From an uncultured Bacteriovorax sp. (GTDB taxonomy: Bacteria; Bdellovibrionota; UBA2428), in assembly GCA_964640545.1 (NCBI GenBank), contig CAZXHL010000004.1, forward strand, positions 1 to 56,497: 56,497 nucleotides of DNA, written 5' to 3'. Position numbers and translations under genes: made by a program. The notes below the pieces were generated by a model. It was not told where the DNA came from, did no database searches, and saw nothing but the letters and a program-made list of their open reading frames with translations. Below are positions 1-8,652 of this stretch, one piece after another (the first letter of the stretch is position 1; every line of letters starts with the position of its first letter).

Positions 1-327
1 TAGATCTTGAACGGTTCGATTTTTGTTATCGGTAAGAGTCTCCACCAAAAGAGCCACGCCATGAGGACCGTAACCCTCGTAAGTAAGCTCTTCATAGTTA
101 TCGTCGCCGCCCTCGCCCGTGCCTTTTTTGATGGCACGCTCAATGGTGTCCCTAGGCATGGATTGAGTCCTGGCGTCTTTCAATGCCATTCTTAGTCGTG
201 AGTTTGCGTCTGGGTCAGGGCCTCCAATTTTTACAGAAACCGTAATCTCTCTCGAGAGTTTCGTAAAAATCTTTCCCTTTTTTGCCGCGTTAACCTCGCG
301 GATGGCATTGATCCAACCTCTACCCAT
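1..327 (-). CDS. yebC: YebC/PmpR-family DNA-binding regulatory protein, N-terminal 109 codons (gene runs off the left window edge)
   Basis: Absent from the ORF track because it is truncated. Reverse complement from the ATG at 327..325 reads [74 protein letters not shown]...[23 protein letters not shown]. This matches the conserved YebC/TACO1 N-terminus (GKxFTKLxREIxV..GGxDPxxNxRLRxA...MPxDxIERAIKxGTG). Confidence 0.85.
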   Translation of the reverse strand, partial: MGRGWINAIREVNAAKKGKIFTKLSREITVSVKIGGPDPDANSRLRMALKDARTQSMPRDTIERAIKKGTGEGGDDNYEELTYEGYGPHGVALLVETLTDNKNRTVQDL

Positions 328-353
328 GACAGAACCCCCAAATCCTCTAAGGA

Positions 354-2018
354 CTATCCTCTTAATTCTTTTCTTAGGATTTTACCAACATTTGACTTTG
401 GAAGTTCGTCTCTAAATTCAATGATTCGTGGAATCTTGTATCCCGTGAGGTGAGTCCTGCAGTGAGCAAGCACATCAGCCTCCGTCAAAGACGAATCCTT
501 TTTAACCACAAACAACTTCACGGTCTCTCCAGATTTGTCATCCGGCACCCCAATCGCCGCAGACTCGAGGACCATGTCATGAGTCGCAACCACATCTTCA
601 ATTTCATTAGGATAAACGTTAAAGCCCGAGACCAGAATCATGTCTTTCTTGCGATCAACAATTTTGAAGTAACCATCTTTTTCCATCACGGCAATGTCAC
701 CGGTTTTGAACCATCCATCTTCAGTAATGACTTCCGCTGTTGCCTCAGGACGCTCCCAATATCCACGCATGACTTGAGGACCGCGCCCCCAAAGCTCACC
801 GGCTTCACCCTGAACAGCTTCCTTCGTGTCATCGAGCATAATTTTCACATCCGTATCAGGCGCAGGCAAACCAATAGTCCCCACCTTATTGCCACCGCCT
901 CCAAGAGGATTGCAACAAAGCAGTGGAGATGTTTCGGTCAATCCATAACCTTCAAGTATGGGTTGCCCCGTAAGAGCTTGCCATTTCTCATTGACCGCTT
1001 TCTGAACCGCCATCCCGCCGCCCACTGCAGCTTTTAAATGCGAAAAATCTAAAGCCCTAAATTCTTCGTTATGAAGAAGACCATTGAATAAAGTATTCAA
1101 CCCCACAAACACGGTGAATTTTTCTTTTTTGATTTCCTTCACAAAACCAGACAAATCCCTGGGATTGGCAATGAGAATATTTCGTCCACCAATTTTCATG
1201 AAGCACAAGGCATTCACGGTAAGAGAAAAAATATGATAAAGCGGCAGAGGTGCGACCACGACCTCTTCACCCTCTTTCAATTTTGGAGCAATCCAAGCGG
1301 AAACCTGCTGCATATTAGCCACGATATTTCTATGAGTGAGCATGGCGCCTTTGGCAACGCCCGTTGTTCCTCCAGTGTATTGAAGGAAGGCAAGATCTTC
1401 CGCATCAACTTCTACCCTATGGAAGCTTTGAATCGCCCCCATCATCAGAGCCTTTTGAAAACTAACGGCGTTAGGAATATCATAAGCAGGAACCATCTTC
1501 TTCACATGCTTCACAACAGCGTTCACGATGAGTTTCTTCGGGAAACCCAACATGTCACCCAACTCCGTGATGATTACATGTTCGACAGAAACGTTATCCC
1601 GAACTTTCGCAAAAGTGTGTGCCATGTTCGCAAGTATCACAATGGCTTTTGCTCCTGAATCTTTGAGCTGATGCTCCATCTCACGAGGCGTATACAAAGG
1701 ATTGGTGTTCACCACAATCAAGCCAGCACGCAGAGCCCCAAACAAGGCAATCGGATACTGATTCACATTAGGCATAACCAAAGCAATGCGGTCACCCTTT
1801 TTTAGACCTAGGACATTTTGCAGATACGCCGCAAAGTCTCGACTACTACGATCAAGGTCGCCATAGGTCATGGTTTTCCCAAAACTAGTGAGAGCACCCA
1901 AAGGACGAAACCTTGCGACGCTTTTTTCAAACACGTCGATGATGGAGTCGAACTCTTCGAGATCTACGCTAGTGGGAACTGATTCAGGATATTGTTTGTG
2001 CCAAAGCTTTTCTTCCAT
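354..2018 (-). CDS. fadD: Long-chain-fatty-acid--CoA ligase (acyl-CoA synthetase)
   Basis: 554-aa ORF that is near-colinear with E. coli FadD as I recall it. It carries the AMP-binding motif [18 protein letters not shown], then [34 protein letters not shown] and the C-terminal [16 protein letters not shown]. Confidence 0.93.
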   Translation of the reverse strand: MEEKLWHKQYPESVPTSVDLEEFDSIIDVFEKSVARFRPLGALTSFGKTMTYGDLDRSSRDFAAYLQNVLGLKKGDRIALVMPNVNQYPIALFGALRAGLIVVNTNPLYTPREMEHQLKDSGAKAIVILANMAHTFAKVRDNVSVEHVIITELGDMLGFPKKLIVNAVVKHVKKMVPAYDIPNAVSFQKALMMGAIQSFHRVEVDAEDLAFLQYTGGTTGVAKGAMLTHRNIVANMQQVSAWIAPKLKEGEEVVVAPLPLYHIFSLTVNALCFMKIGGRNILIANPRDLSGFVKEIKKEKFTVFVGLNTLFNGLLHNEEFRALDFSHLKAAVGGGMAVQKAVNEKWQALTGQPILEGYGLTETSPLLCCNPLGGGGNKVGTIGLPAPDTDVKIMLDDTKEAVQGEAGELWGRGPQVMRGYWERPEATAEVITEDGWFKTGDIAVMEKDGYFKIVDRKKDMILVSGFNVYPNEIEDVVATHDMVLESAAIGVPDDKSGETVKLFVVKKDSSLTEADVLAHCRTHLTGYKIPRIIEFRDELPKSNVGKILRKELRG

Positions 2019-2117
2019 ACAAGAGAGAATAGCGCCTTAGGTCTCTGTTTGAGAAGGGCAAGGCAAAACAATGAGCGACAATTAGCTCAGCGCTTCTAAA
2101 TCATAAGACCAGATTCT

Positions 2118-2921
2118 TCAGAGCAAAATGCGATCAAAAATCTCAAACCTTGTCGTCTTTCCTTCGGCCATTCGAGGTGATCCCCGCTTCCACGGCAATC
2201 TTGGACTCCATGTCGGTCGTTTGACGACAATTCTCTTCTTCACATGCGGCAAACTATCCAGAATGTATTCACTCAGGGCTTCGTCACTGAGCTCGGCGAT
2301 TCCTACGAGTTTTTTGACGATTCGTAATTCTTTTCGATTGAGTGCGGATTTTTTCTTCTCGGGATAAATAGGATCCAGATATAGAACATCGGGCTCCACC
2401 AAGGCGATCTCGCCCACATTAGCCTCAGTCCCTACGGCCCCCACAGTCCCCACACCCTCAAGCTCAGAATAATGTTCTCGAGATCGTTCAATAGCATTCA
2501 TCAACATGAAAGCCAGGACAGGATGCCTCTCATAAGCGATGACTTCATGTCCCCACAGAGACATCATGAAAGCATCGGCTCCAAGTCCAGCAGTCCCATC
2601 CATGATCTTGAGTTTTTCACCTCGCTTGACGCCCAACGCATCTCGAAGCAATTCTTTTGAATTCCAAGTTCGTTTCGCACGGAACTTCCAATCTTCCGAA
2701 AGAAAATCAACCACGAGCGGATTCCAACTTGGCTCCTCCAAGGCAGACAATTGCCAAGCACCCTCATGGCAAGAAAGCCAAAAACCCTCATCGTCCGGAG
2801 GAGCCTTTGCCGCCCCCTCAACGTCACGTGGCGTCACAAAGTCCTCCAACTTTACTTGCGTAAGAGCACGGTCTAATAGCTCCCGATCTTCCAAAGATAA
2901 CCATAGTTTGGGCTTTTCCAT
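2118..2921 (-). CDS. rsmJ: 16S rRNA (guanine1516-N2)-methyltransferase RsmJ
   Basis: DGTAGLGADAF (SAM-binding), VLYLDPIYPEKKKSALNRKELRIVKKLVG and KKRIVVKRP...RFEIF match RsmJ/YhiQ blocks. The track ORF extends to 3131, but that extension overlaps the divergent gene at 3036. I place the start at the internal ATG at 2921 (MEKPKLWLSLEDRE). Confidence 0.85.
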   Translation of the reverse strand: MEKPKLWLSLEDRELLDRALTQVKLEDFVTPRDVEGAAKAPPDDEGFWLSCHEGAWQLSALEEPSWNPLVVDFLSEDWKFRAKRTWNSKELLRDALGVKRGEKLKIMDGTAGLGADAFMMSLWGHEVIAYERHPVLAFMLMNAIERSREHYSELEGVGTVGAVGTEANVGEIALVEPDVLYLDPIYPEKKKSALNRKELRIVKKLVGIAELSDEALSEYILDSLPHVKKRIVVKRPTWSPRLPWKRGSPRMAEGKTTRFEIFDRILL

Positions 2922-3035
2922 CCGCCTTAATCTAACACATTGAAGCTCTCGCCGTATACAAGGGGTATACACATTTAGGACAAAGTTCTTGGCAATATCT
3001 TTAGATAACAAAGAATTAGCCGTATACGTATATGC

Positions 3036-3902
3036 ATGGACACGAAGAACACGACCCCACTTCCAGAGATTCTCGAATACGAGGACTTTCGAAGTTTTTT
3101 GAAAGACTGGTACAAAGCTCGGAAAGAGCAAAATTCGAAAATGAGCTTTCGTTACCTGTCTTTGCGTAGCGGACTGAAATCTACCAACTACTGGAAACTG
3201 ATCATGGAAGGCAAACGCAACTTATCCCTCCCTATGATAACGCGCTTTGCTCAAACTCTTCAGCTAGATTCAGTCCGCTCGCACTATTTCCACCACTTGG
3301 TTCGAATGAACCAATCCTCAAGCATCGACGAAAAGACATTCCACGCTCGATATGTCATCAAACTCAAAGCCGAAGTCGAAACACAAAACATCCCCAGAAC
3401 GCCCATGTCTCTCTACGACAAGTGGTACTACCCCATGTTGAGAGAAGCTTTAAATCTGAACTTCTTCCGTGAAGATCCTCATTGGATTTCAGAATTGTTT
3501 TATAGCTCGATCAGCCCCAGTGAAGCGGCTGACGGATTAGAGGCTCTTGAGAAAAGTGGAATCGCCGCTAGAGACGAGAAGGGCAGACTGCGAGCCAAAG
3601 ATGTCATCATAAGCACGGGCCATAAAACTCATAGCGCTTTGGCAACTTCACAACTCAAGCAAATGATCATTGAATCCACAAAGGCGCTTGAATTCTTTGG
3701 ATCCAACGAGAGAGAATTTACCGGCCTAACTTTAAGCTTAGATGAAGACGCCTACTCCAAAAGCCGTGAACTCGTGAAGCGTTTTATAAAAGACATTCTC
3801 CAGATAGCCAGCGACACAAACGTCCCTACGCCCAACAGAATCTACCAGCTCAACTTGCAACTATTCCCGCTAAGCGAAACAACAAAGGAAAACCAATTAT
3901 GA
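3036..3902 (+). CDS. TIGR02147/DUF4423-like protein (putative HTH regulator of unknown function)
   Basis: 288 aa. The N-terminus YEDFRSFLKDWYKARKEQNSKMSFRYLSLRSGLKSTNYWKLIMEGKRNLS...HYFHHLVRMNQS fits my recollection of the TIGR02147 family pattern (Y.DYR.FL.D.Y...K......FS.R.F....G..S...L..VI.GKRNL). Its stop overlaps the next start (ATGA at 3899..3902). Confidence 0.6.
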   Translation: MDTKNTTPLPEILEYEDFRSFLKDWYKARKEQNSKMSFRYLSLRSGLKSTNYWKLIMEGKRNLSLPMITRFAQTLQLDSVRSHYFHHLVRMNQSSSIDEKTFHARYVIKLKAEVETQNIPRTPMSLYDKWYYPMLREALNLNFFREDPHWISELFYSSISPSEAADGLEALEKSGIAARDEKGRLRAKDVIISTGHKTHSALATSQLKQMIIESTKALEFFGSNEREFTGLTLSLDEDAYSKSRELVKRFIKDILQIASDTNVPTPNRIYQLNLQLFPLSETTKENQL

Positions 3903-4276
3903 AAATCAATCAAATCATCAACCTTCTCATTCTTCTCAGTTTGTCAGCCTGCTTTGGCGGTGGAATCACCCCTTTCGGTGGATCACACAACGGGAACCCA
4001 GACGCCAAGACCAATGAAGAAAAAGCAACTGAGCAGCATTGCGAGTGGGTGGACAAATGCGCAGGAGACATTACATTTGATGGCTGCCTAAGCACTCAAG
4101 GACCAGCATTAGAAACCGCCATGAGAGAAATCAAAGCCGAAAACCTCATTGTGAATTTCGGCCGATATGAAGACCTATCCTGCACCGTCGTCAGTGGAAG
4201 TTTTGTTCAGTTCACCTTAAAGCAAAACATCATAAAGTTATGGAGGAATGAATCCTTCCTACAACCGACTCAGTAA
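3899..4276 (+). CDS. Small lipoprotein, unknown function
   Basis: 125 aa. Signal peptide with lipobox LLSLSAC|FGGG. Translationally coupled to the upstream gene by an ATGA overlap. No recognisable domain. Confidence 0.65.
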   Translation: MKINQIINLLILLSLSACFGGGITPFGGSHNGNPDAKTNEEKATEQHCEWVDKCAGDITFDGCLSTQGPALETAMREIKAENLIVNFGRYEDLSCTVVSGSFVQFTLKQNIIKLWRNESFLQPTQ

Positions 4277-4315
4277 GAGCTAAACATCAACACATAAATT
4301 CTTAGGAGAATCACC

Positions 4316-4861
4316 ATGAATCAGAAATTTTTTACCCCAGGGGGAAATGGATACTTGTACCTTTTTTTCATCTGCCTTTTGAACGGATGCGGCCTCATGC
4401 TCAGGCCTGACGGCATCAACAAAATTGATTTAGAGAGGGTCTTTGCACCTGTACGAACTTATGACTGCGATGGAGATTTGATCTCCGAAGAAATTAGAGA
4501 AGTCAGTGCCCCGAGCAAATGGGTTCGAATATACTCAGAGAAGGACTACCCCAGTATTGTAAGTGCGGAAGTCTCCAACAGTCGCCTTCCAGACCAAGGA
4601 GCCCCGATGATCTCCTTCTCAAGCAAGAGATACATCTCGCTATTGGTGCATTACTCTAACACCTTTGTTGGTCTTCAAGTCGCGCAAGGAATCAATGAGC
4701 TCAATTATTCTTTGGAACATGAAAGTTTTCTAAATGAAGAAAATGAAACGGGAACGATCACCCTAGATATTTCATACAAAGAAGTTCACGAAACTGAAGT
4801 TCGTCACTATCATCCAGCCTCGGAGACTTGTGTTGACGAAATAGAGACATTTCTTCAGTAA
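4316..4861 (+). CDS. Lipoprotein, unknown function
   Basis: 181 aa. AGGAG lies 7 nt upstream of the ATG. Hydrophobic N-terminus ends in the lipobox-like LLNGC|G. No recognisable domain. Confidence 0.65.
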   Translation: MNQKFFTPGGNGYLYLFFICLLNGCGLMLRPDGINKIDLERVFAPVRTYDCDGDLISEEIREVSAPSKWVRIYSEKDYPSIVSAEVSNSRLPDQGAPMISFSSKRYISLLVHYSNTFVGLQVAQGINELNYSLEHESFLNEENETGTITLDISYKEVHETEVRHYHPASETCVDEIETFLQ

Positions 4862-4941
4862 AATTTGATCTACAACTAGGGAAGCACTTCGAGGAAATCA
4901 CCAAGAAAACTACCGAAAATACTACAGAGACTGGACTTAGT

Positions 4942-5709
4942 TTATACCTTGACTTGCTTTCCTACCAATTTCGCCAATAGCACACGAGGAAGAATCGCCG
5001 ACACAATCCTGAGCATCCAAGCCATGAAACCTGTGATGATTATGGCATTCCCTTGCGCAGCCTGCTCCACACTCAAGAAGGCGGTGTGCTTCGCGTCTTC
5101 AATGCCAAAGCTAAGCGGTGGCTTCGCCGCACTCGAATCAAAAAATTCCGTTGCTACAGGCCCAGGGCAAACAGCACTCACTGTGATTCCCATTTCCTCA
5201 AGCTCAGTATTTAGCGCAATAGAGAAACTCAAGACGTAAGCCTTAGTTGCGGCATAAACCGTATAAAAAGGACCAGGGACAAAAGCAAAGGAGCTCGCGA
5301 TATTAACCACTTTTGACCCTCGCTTCATGAACGGAAGAAGTCGCCTTGTCAAAGACGAAAGAGCCATCACATTGAGCGTGATCATATTTTCTAAATGCTC
5401 CACTTCCTCCTGGAGCAATGATCCGTTAAATCCGAAGCCAGCATTATTCACGAGCCACCTTAAATTCTGACCAGAAGCTGTGAGCTCATCTTGAAGAGAC
5501 TTCCAAGTATTTCGATCCAACAGATCATAAGCGAAGACCCGAACGTCATGCCCTTCACTTTTTAATTCTTCAGAAAGCTCATCCAGCCTTTCCTGCCTTC
5601 TGGCCACAAGCCATAGCTCAAGGTTTTCTTCCTTATTCAAAAGCCTGGCGATTTCTCGCCCGATTCCACTACTAGCTCCAGTTACAATTGCAATTTCACG
5701 ATGGCCCAT
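4942..5709 (-). CDS. Short-chain dehydrogenase/reductase (SDR) family oxidoreductase
   Basis: 255 aa. Carries the classical TGASSGIG cofactor motif, NNAG, and YxxxK (YAATKAY). Confidence 0.88.
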   Translation of the reverse strand: MGHREIAIVTGASSGIGREIARLLNKEENLELWLVARRQERLDELSEELKSEGHDVRVFAYDLLDRNTWKSLQDELTASGQNLRWLVNNAGFGFNGSLLQEEVEHLENMITLNVMALSSLTRRLLPFMKRGSKVVNIASSFAFVPGPFYTVYAATKAYVLSFSIALNTELEEMGITVSAVCPGPVATEFFDSSAAKPPLSFGIEDAKHTAFLSVEQAAQGNAIIITGFMAWMLRIVSAILPRVLLAKLVGKQVKV

Positions 5710-5813
5710 AGGAGCAACAATCTAAATCTCATTTAAGTGCCTCGCAATAGAAGGCAAAAATCAAATGCTGTGCCCCTTGCGAGGCCCTCTCTCGCAGTTT
5801 AATCTGCATAACT

Positions 5814-6401
5814 ATGCGAATGAACAAATTTACTTCTCGCCTGTCCTTATTGGCCACTATTGCTCTTTTTAGTGTTCCTTTTAGCGCTCTTTTTAGTGCC
5901 TCAGCGAAAGCTGAGGGTGCCCTAGAGGCTATTATCGCCCCGCAATTATCCATGGCCATGGGCGGCGGCACGCGAACTCGGTTGGGTGTAGATTTCTATC
6001 GCGTCTCATCTGGTCCCTCCCTATCCGCCCACTACGGCTTTGGTGGAAACTACAACGACCTTACGGGATTATTTCGAATCTCTAATCATTTTAAGACCAC
6101 AGACTCTGAATCTTCTACCGGTATCATTTATGGACTTGGAGTTGGTTACACGTGGGCCATGGATTCGAGCGAAACAGCTGATGACAGCTTTGGAGCCGCA
6201 ACAGTGAATCCATACCTTCGATACCTAGTAGATTTTACCGGCCGCATCGGCGCCTATGTCGAGCTTGGCTACGAATTTGCAGTTGCAGGAATACAGTTGG
6301 GCGACAATGCCCCTGCAAAATCAGACATCAGATCCAATAATAACAAATTTGTCATTGCCATTGGAATTCCGTTCGAATCTGAAAGATCTCGTCCTGAATA
6401 A
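5814..6401 (+). CDS. Exported protein, possible small outer-membrane beta-barrel
   Basis: 195 aa. Sec signal peptide (LLATIALFSVPFSALFSASAKA|E). Alternating aromatic/Gly-rich stretches (IIYGLGVGYTWAM, YVELGYEFAVAG) are typical of small OMPs. Fold not verified. Confidence 0.5.
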   Translation: MRMNKFTSRLSLLATIALFSVPFSALFSASAKAEGALEAIIAPQLSMAMGGGTRTRLGVDFYRVSSGPSLSAHYGFGGNYNDLTGLFRISNHFKTTDSESSTGIIYGLGVGYTWAMDSSETADDSFGAATVNPYLRYLVDFTGRIGAYVELGYEFAVAGIQLGDNAPAKSDIRSNNNKFVIAIGIPFESERSRPE

Positions 6402-6405
6402 AAAA

Positions 6406-6430
6406 GGGTTCGAAGCTTAGCCTCGAACCC
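6406..6430. terminator. Bidirectional intrinsic terminator hairpin between convergent genes
   Basis: GGGTTCGA (6406..6413) pairs with TCGAACCC (6423..6430). It is preceded by an A-run (6401..6405) and followed by TTCT. It lies between the stops at 6401 (+) and 6461 (-). Confidence 0.6.
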
Positions 6431-6460
6431 TTCTGATTCACCGTTTAAAAAAGCTAGTAA

Positions 6461-7402
6461 TCAATGCGTAGGAGCGCCGTGACGGTGCCCGGGGTCAACA
6501 TCTTTTGTGTTGTACTTGCCGCGATTATGGAAAGGCAATGAAATATGCATGTGCCCCGCATGTCGCTTTCCTGAGCCCGTATGGTGCAGTTGTTTCGAAA
6601 TCACTCCCGCGCCTTTCGCAGTCATGCAAGCACCAAAAGCTTGCCAGAACCGCTGTTGCACTAATTGCGACGTAGACTTCTTGTCAGCCTTACCTGCAAT
6701 TTCTAGATTCTCCGCATAAGTTCCAACATTGTGTTGGTAAGTTTTAACAACACCAGCAGTCGTCGTTGCACGAATGTGAGAGATATCGATAGCCCGCAAA
6801 ACTTCCGCCGCATGGTAGCTATGATTGGTGTGGTGTTCGTCGCCAATAATCCCTTGATGCAAAATCTGAATGCTAGCCAGCTCACTCACCGCAGTCGCAA
6901 TCTCAGACTTTTGAGATCGCTCAGCTCTTTGAACCGCAGCAACAATCGCATTATCAACACCAGAAGCATCTGACTTATCATCAACTCGTAGCAATGTTGC
7001 CGAAACTTCTTGTCGAGCCTTCGGCACCGTTGCCAAAGCCACACAATATGACAAATGCTTGTTTAAGAAATTAACAAACACTTCTGAAACCGCACGTGGC
7101 GCACAAGCAACCATCATGGACGGAGTAGTAGGCCAACTAACATCAGCCTTCATCGCATTGTAATCCCAAGTCACCTGTCCGTTAACGAGACCTTTGCCGC
7201 TTTGGCACTCATCCCATTTAACCATCCACTCAGAAAAGCCATTGAGATTCGTTTCCCCTTTAAATCTCAGGATCGCCCCATCAGCGTTCGTTGCTTTTTT
7301 CATAACAGGCGCAGCCTTCACCGACCCCGAAGACAAAACGACAACTGACAACAGACTAGCTCCGCCCAACAATGATTTAAATGATTCTATTTGTTTACTC
7401 AT
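6461..7402 (-). CDS. Exported His-rich protein, unknown function (weak LAS/M15-like zinc-peptidase motif resemblance)
   Basis: 313 aa. Sec signal (GGASLLSVVVLSSGSVKA|AP). Strong RBS (AGGAGG, then 4 nt ATAT, then ATG). Third gene of the minus-strand operon 10566->6461. Contains HSYHAAEVLRAIDISH and a C-terminal KRHAGHMHISLPFH...DPGHRHGAPTH. Confidence 0.6.
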   Translation of the reverse strand: MSKQIESFKSLLGGASLLSVVVLSSGSVKAAPVMKKATNADGAILRFKGETNLNGFSEWMVKWDECQSGKGLVNGQVTWDYNAMKADVSWPTTPSMMVACAPRAVSEVFVNFLNKHLSYCVALATVPKARQEVSATLLRVDDKSDASGVDNAIVAAVQRAERSQKSEIATAVSELASIQILHQGIIGDEHHTNHSYHAAEVLRAIDISHIRATTTAGVVKTYQHNVGTYAENLEIAGKADKKSTSQLVQQRFWQAFGACMTAKGAGVISKQLHHTGSGKRHAGHMHISLPFHNRGKYNTKDVDPGHRHGAPTH

Positions 7403-7432
7403 ATATCCTCCTAATTGGTATCCGCCAGGTAC

Positions 7433-8650
7433 CTATTCGTGGCGCAGTGCTTGTTGAGTGCACTTAATGACTTTTTTAAAGTTATCCTTCACAGAGTTTC
7501 TTAGTGGACCAAAGTGGGAATAGACCCTCTTTGCCCCCGCACGTGAAACCACACTCACACATCGATCGCCAGGACTCTTGAGTCGCTGTCTCGAAGTGAC
7601 GTTTGAAAGGTCTGTTCCTGTCGGATGAATCGTGTTGATTTGAGAGTTGAAAGATTGAACGATTTTCTGAACTCCGCAATAAGCATTCAACGATTGTCCG
7701 TGGGAAGCGAAACCCATAAGTAAGTGATCCTTGTTTGAATTATTGACCTGGCAATACTTCTTATCTTGAAACAATTCGTTCCACTGTCTTACACAGGGAT
7801 CGGTATTGCCTCCGGGAGTCGGCTTGAATTGAAACAACCCTACCACCGGCCATGTTGGATATTGAGCCTCCAAGTCAGCGCGTATCGACGGACTCAAAGT
7901 TCCAGCCGCCGCATGAGCACGAAGTTTGATGTAGAAGCTTCCATCGCGATCTTCACCAAACCATACCCCGGATGGACGCTTCACCTGCTGAGTTTGAGCG
8001 TCAGTGAAGAAGCTGCTTACACGAGGTTGCTGAGCAAGAGCGTGGTTAAAGTTTTCATCCGCCCCAAACTCGACTTCAGGGTTGATGATGTCCAAAGACT
8101 CCGCATACGCCAGACATCCCATAAAGACAGTCCAACGCTGCAGAAAACGCTCCATAGCCTGAGCGTCTCCTCGGATCGCACGGCTTCGGTCGCGGTTCGA
8201 AGATGATATAAATTTCTGCAAATAAGCAAGAGCCTCTTGATCTGGAACATAATCCTCACCAAGCATATGAACGATCTGATTTCGATCTTGTTCACACAAT
8301 GGATGACTAATCAAACTAACCTGAGCAGAACGATTTTCATCAGGAAGACCATATCCACGCTGAATCGCCGAATTGGTCTTGATCGTTCGAGGCTCGAGAG
8401 CAACCCTTACCGCGGCTTCGATACTTCTTCCGAATGAACTCTCTCTTCGGTTAGGTTGCAAGCAAGTGTCCAACCTAACTTGGGATCTGAATTGCGTTAG
8501 CTGATCTCGCTTCCATGCCTGGTCAACCAAATAGGACTGACCCCAAGGAGCTCGTTGCGCCATTTCCTCGACCCATCCCGCCGCCGATGCGTCACTCAAA
8601 GAAGTGATAGCCACAGTTACCGTTAAAATTTTAAATAAGTTTTTCATCAT
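7433..8650 (-). CDS. Exported lytic-transglycosylase-like protein (divergent SLT-type motifs), paralog of 10713..11912
   Basis: 405 aa. Sec signal (TVTVAITSLSDASA|AG). Motifs FMGCLAYAESLD, VGLFQFKP, CVRQWNE, QSLNAYCGVQK, SPGDRCVS and YSHFGPLRNS all recur in the 447-aa ORF. ES...GL(F)Q...NA(Y)xG resembles the SLT-domain signature. The start lies 2 nt after the upstream stop. Confidence 0.55.
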   Translation of the reverse strand: MMKNLFKILTVTVAITSLSDASAAGWVEEMAQRAPWGQSYLVDQAWKRDQLTQFRSQVRLDTCLQPNRRESSFGRSIEAAVRVALEPRTIKTNSAIQRGYGLPDENRSAQVSLISHPLCEQDRNQIVHMLGEDYVPDQEALAYLQKFISSSNRDRSRAIRGDAQAMERFLQRWTVFMGCLAYAESLDIINPEVEFGADENFNHALAQQPRVSSFFTDAQTQQVKRPSGVWFGEDRDGSFYIKLRAHAAAGTLSPSIRADLEAQYPTWPVVGLFQFKPTPGGNTDPCVRQWNELFQDKKYCQVNNSNKDHLLMGFASHGQSLNAYCGVQKIVQSFNSQINTIHPTGTDLSNVTSRQRLKSPGDRCVSVVSRAGAKRVYSHFGPLRNSVKDNFKKVIKCTQQALRHE

Positions 8651-8652
8651 TT

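Noticed and set aside
450-1658. Long plus-strand ORFs (450..1037, 1233..1658) inside the fadD region
   Set aside because: They are antisense to a 554-aa ORF with unmistakable acyl-CoA synthetase motifs. Their translations are low-complexity with no motifs, so they are typical shadow ORFs.
2922-3131. N-terminal 70-codon extension of the rsmJ ORF
   Set aside because: The extension overlaps the divergent TIGR02147-like gene (start 3036) and has no similarity to RsmJ. The internal ATG at 2921 gives a protein of normal RsmJ length.
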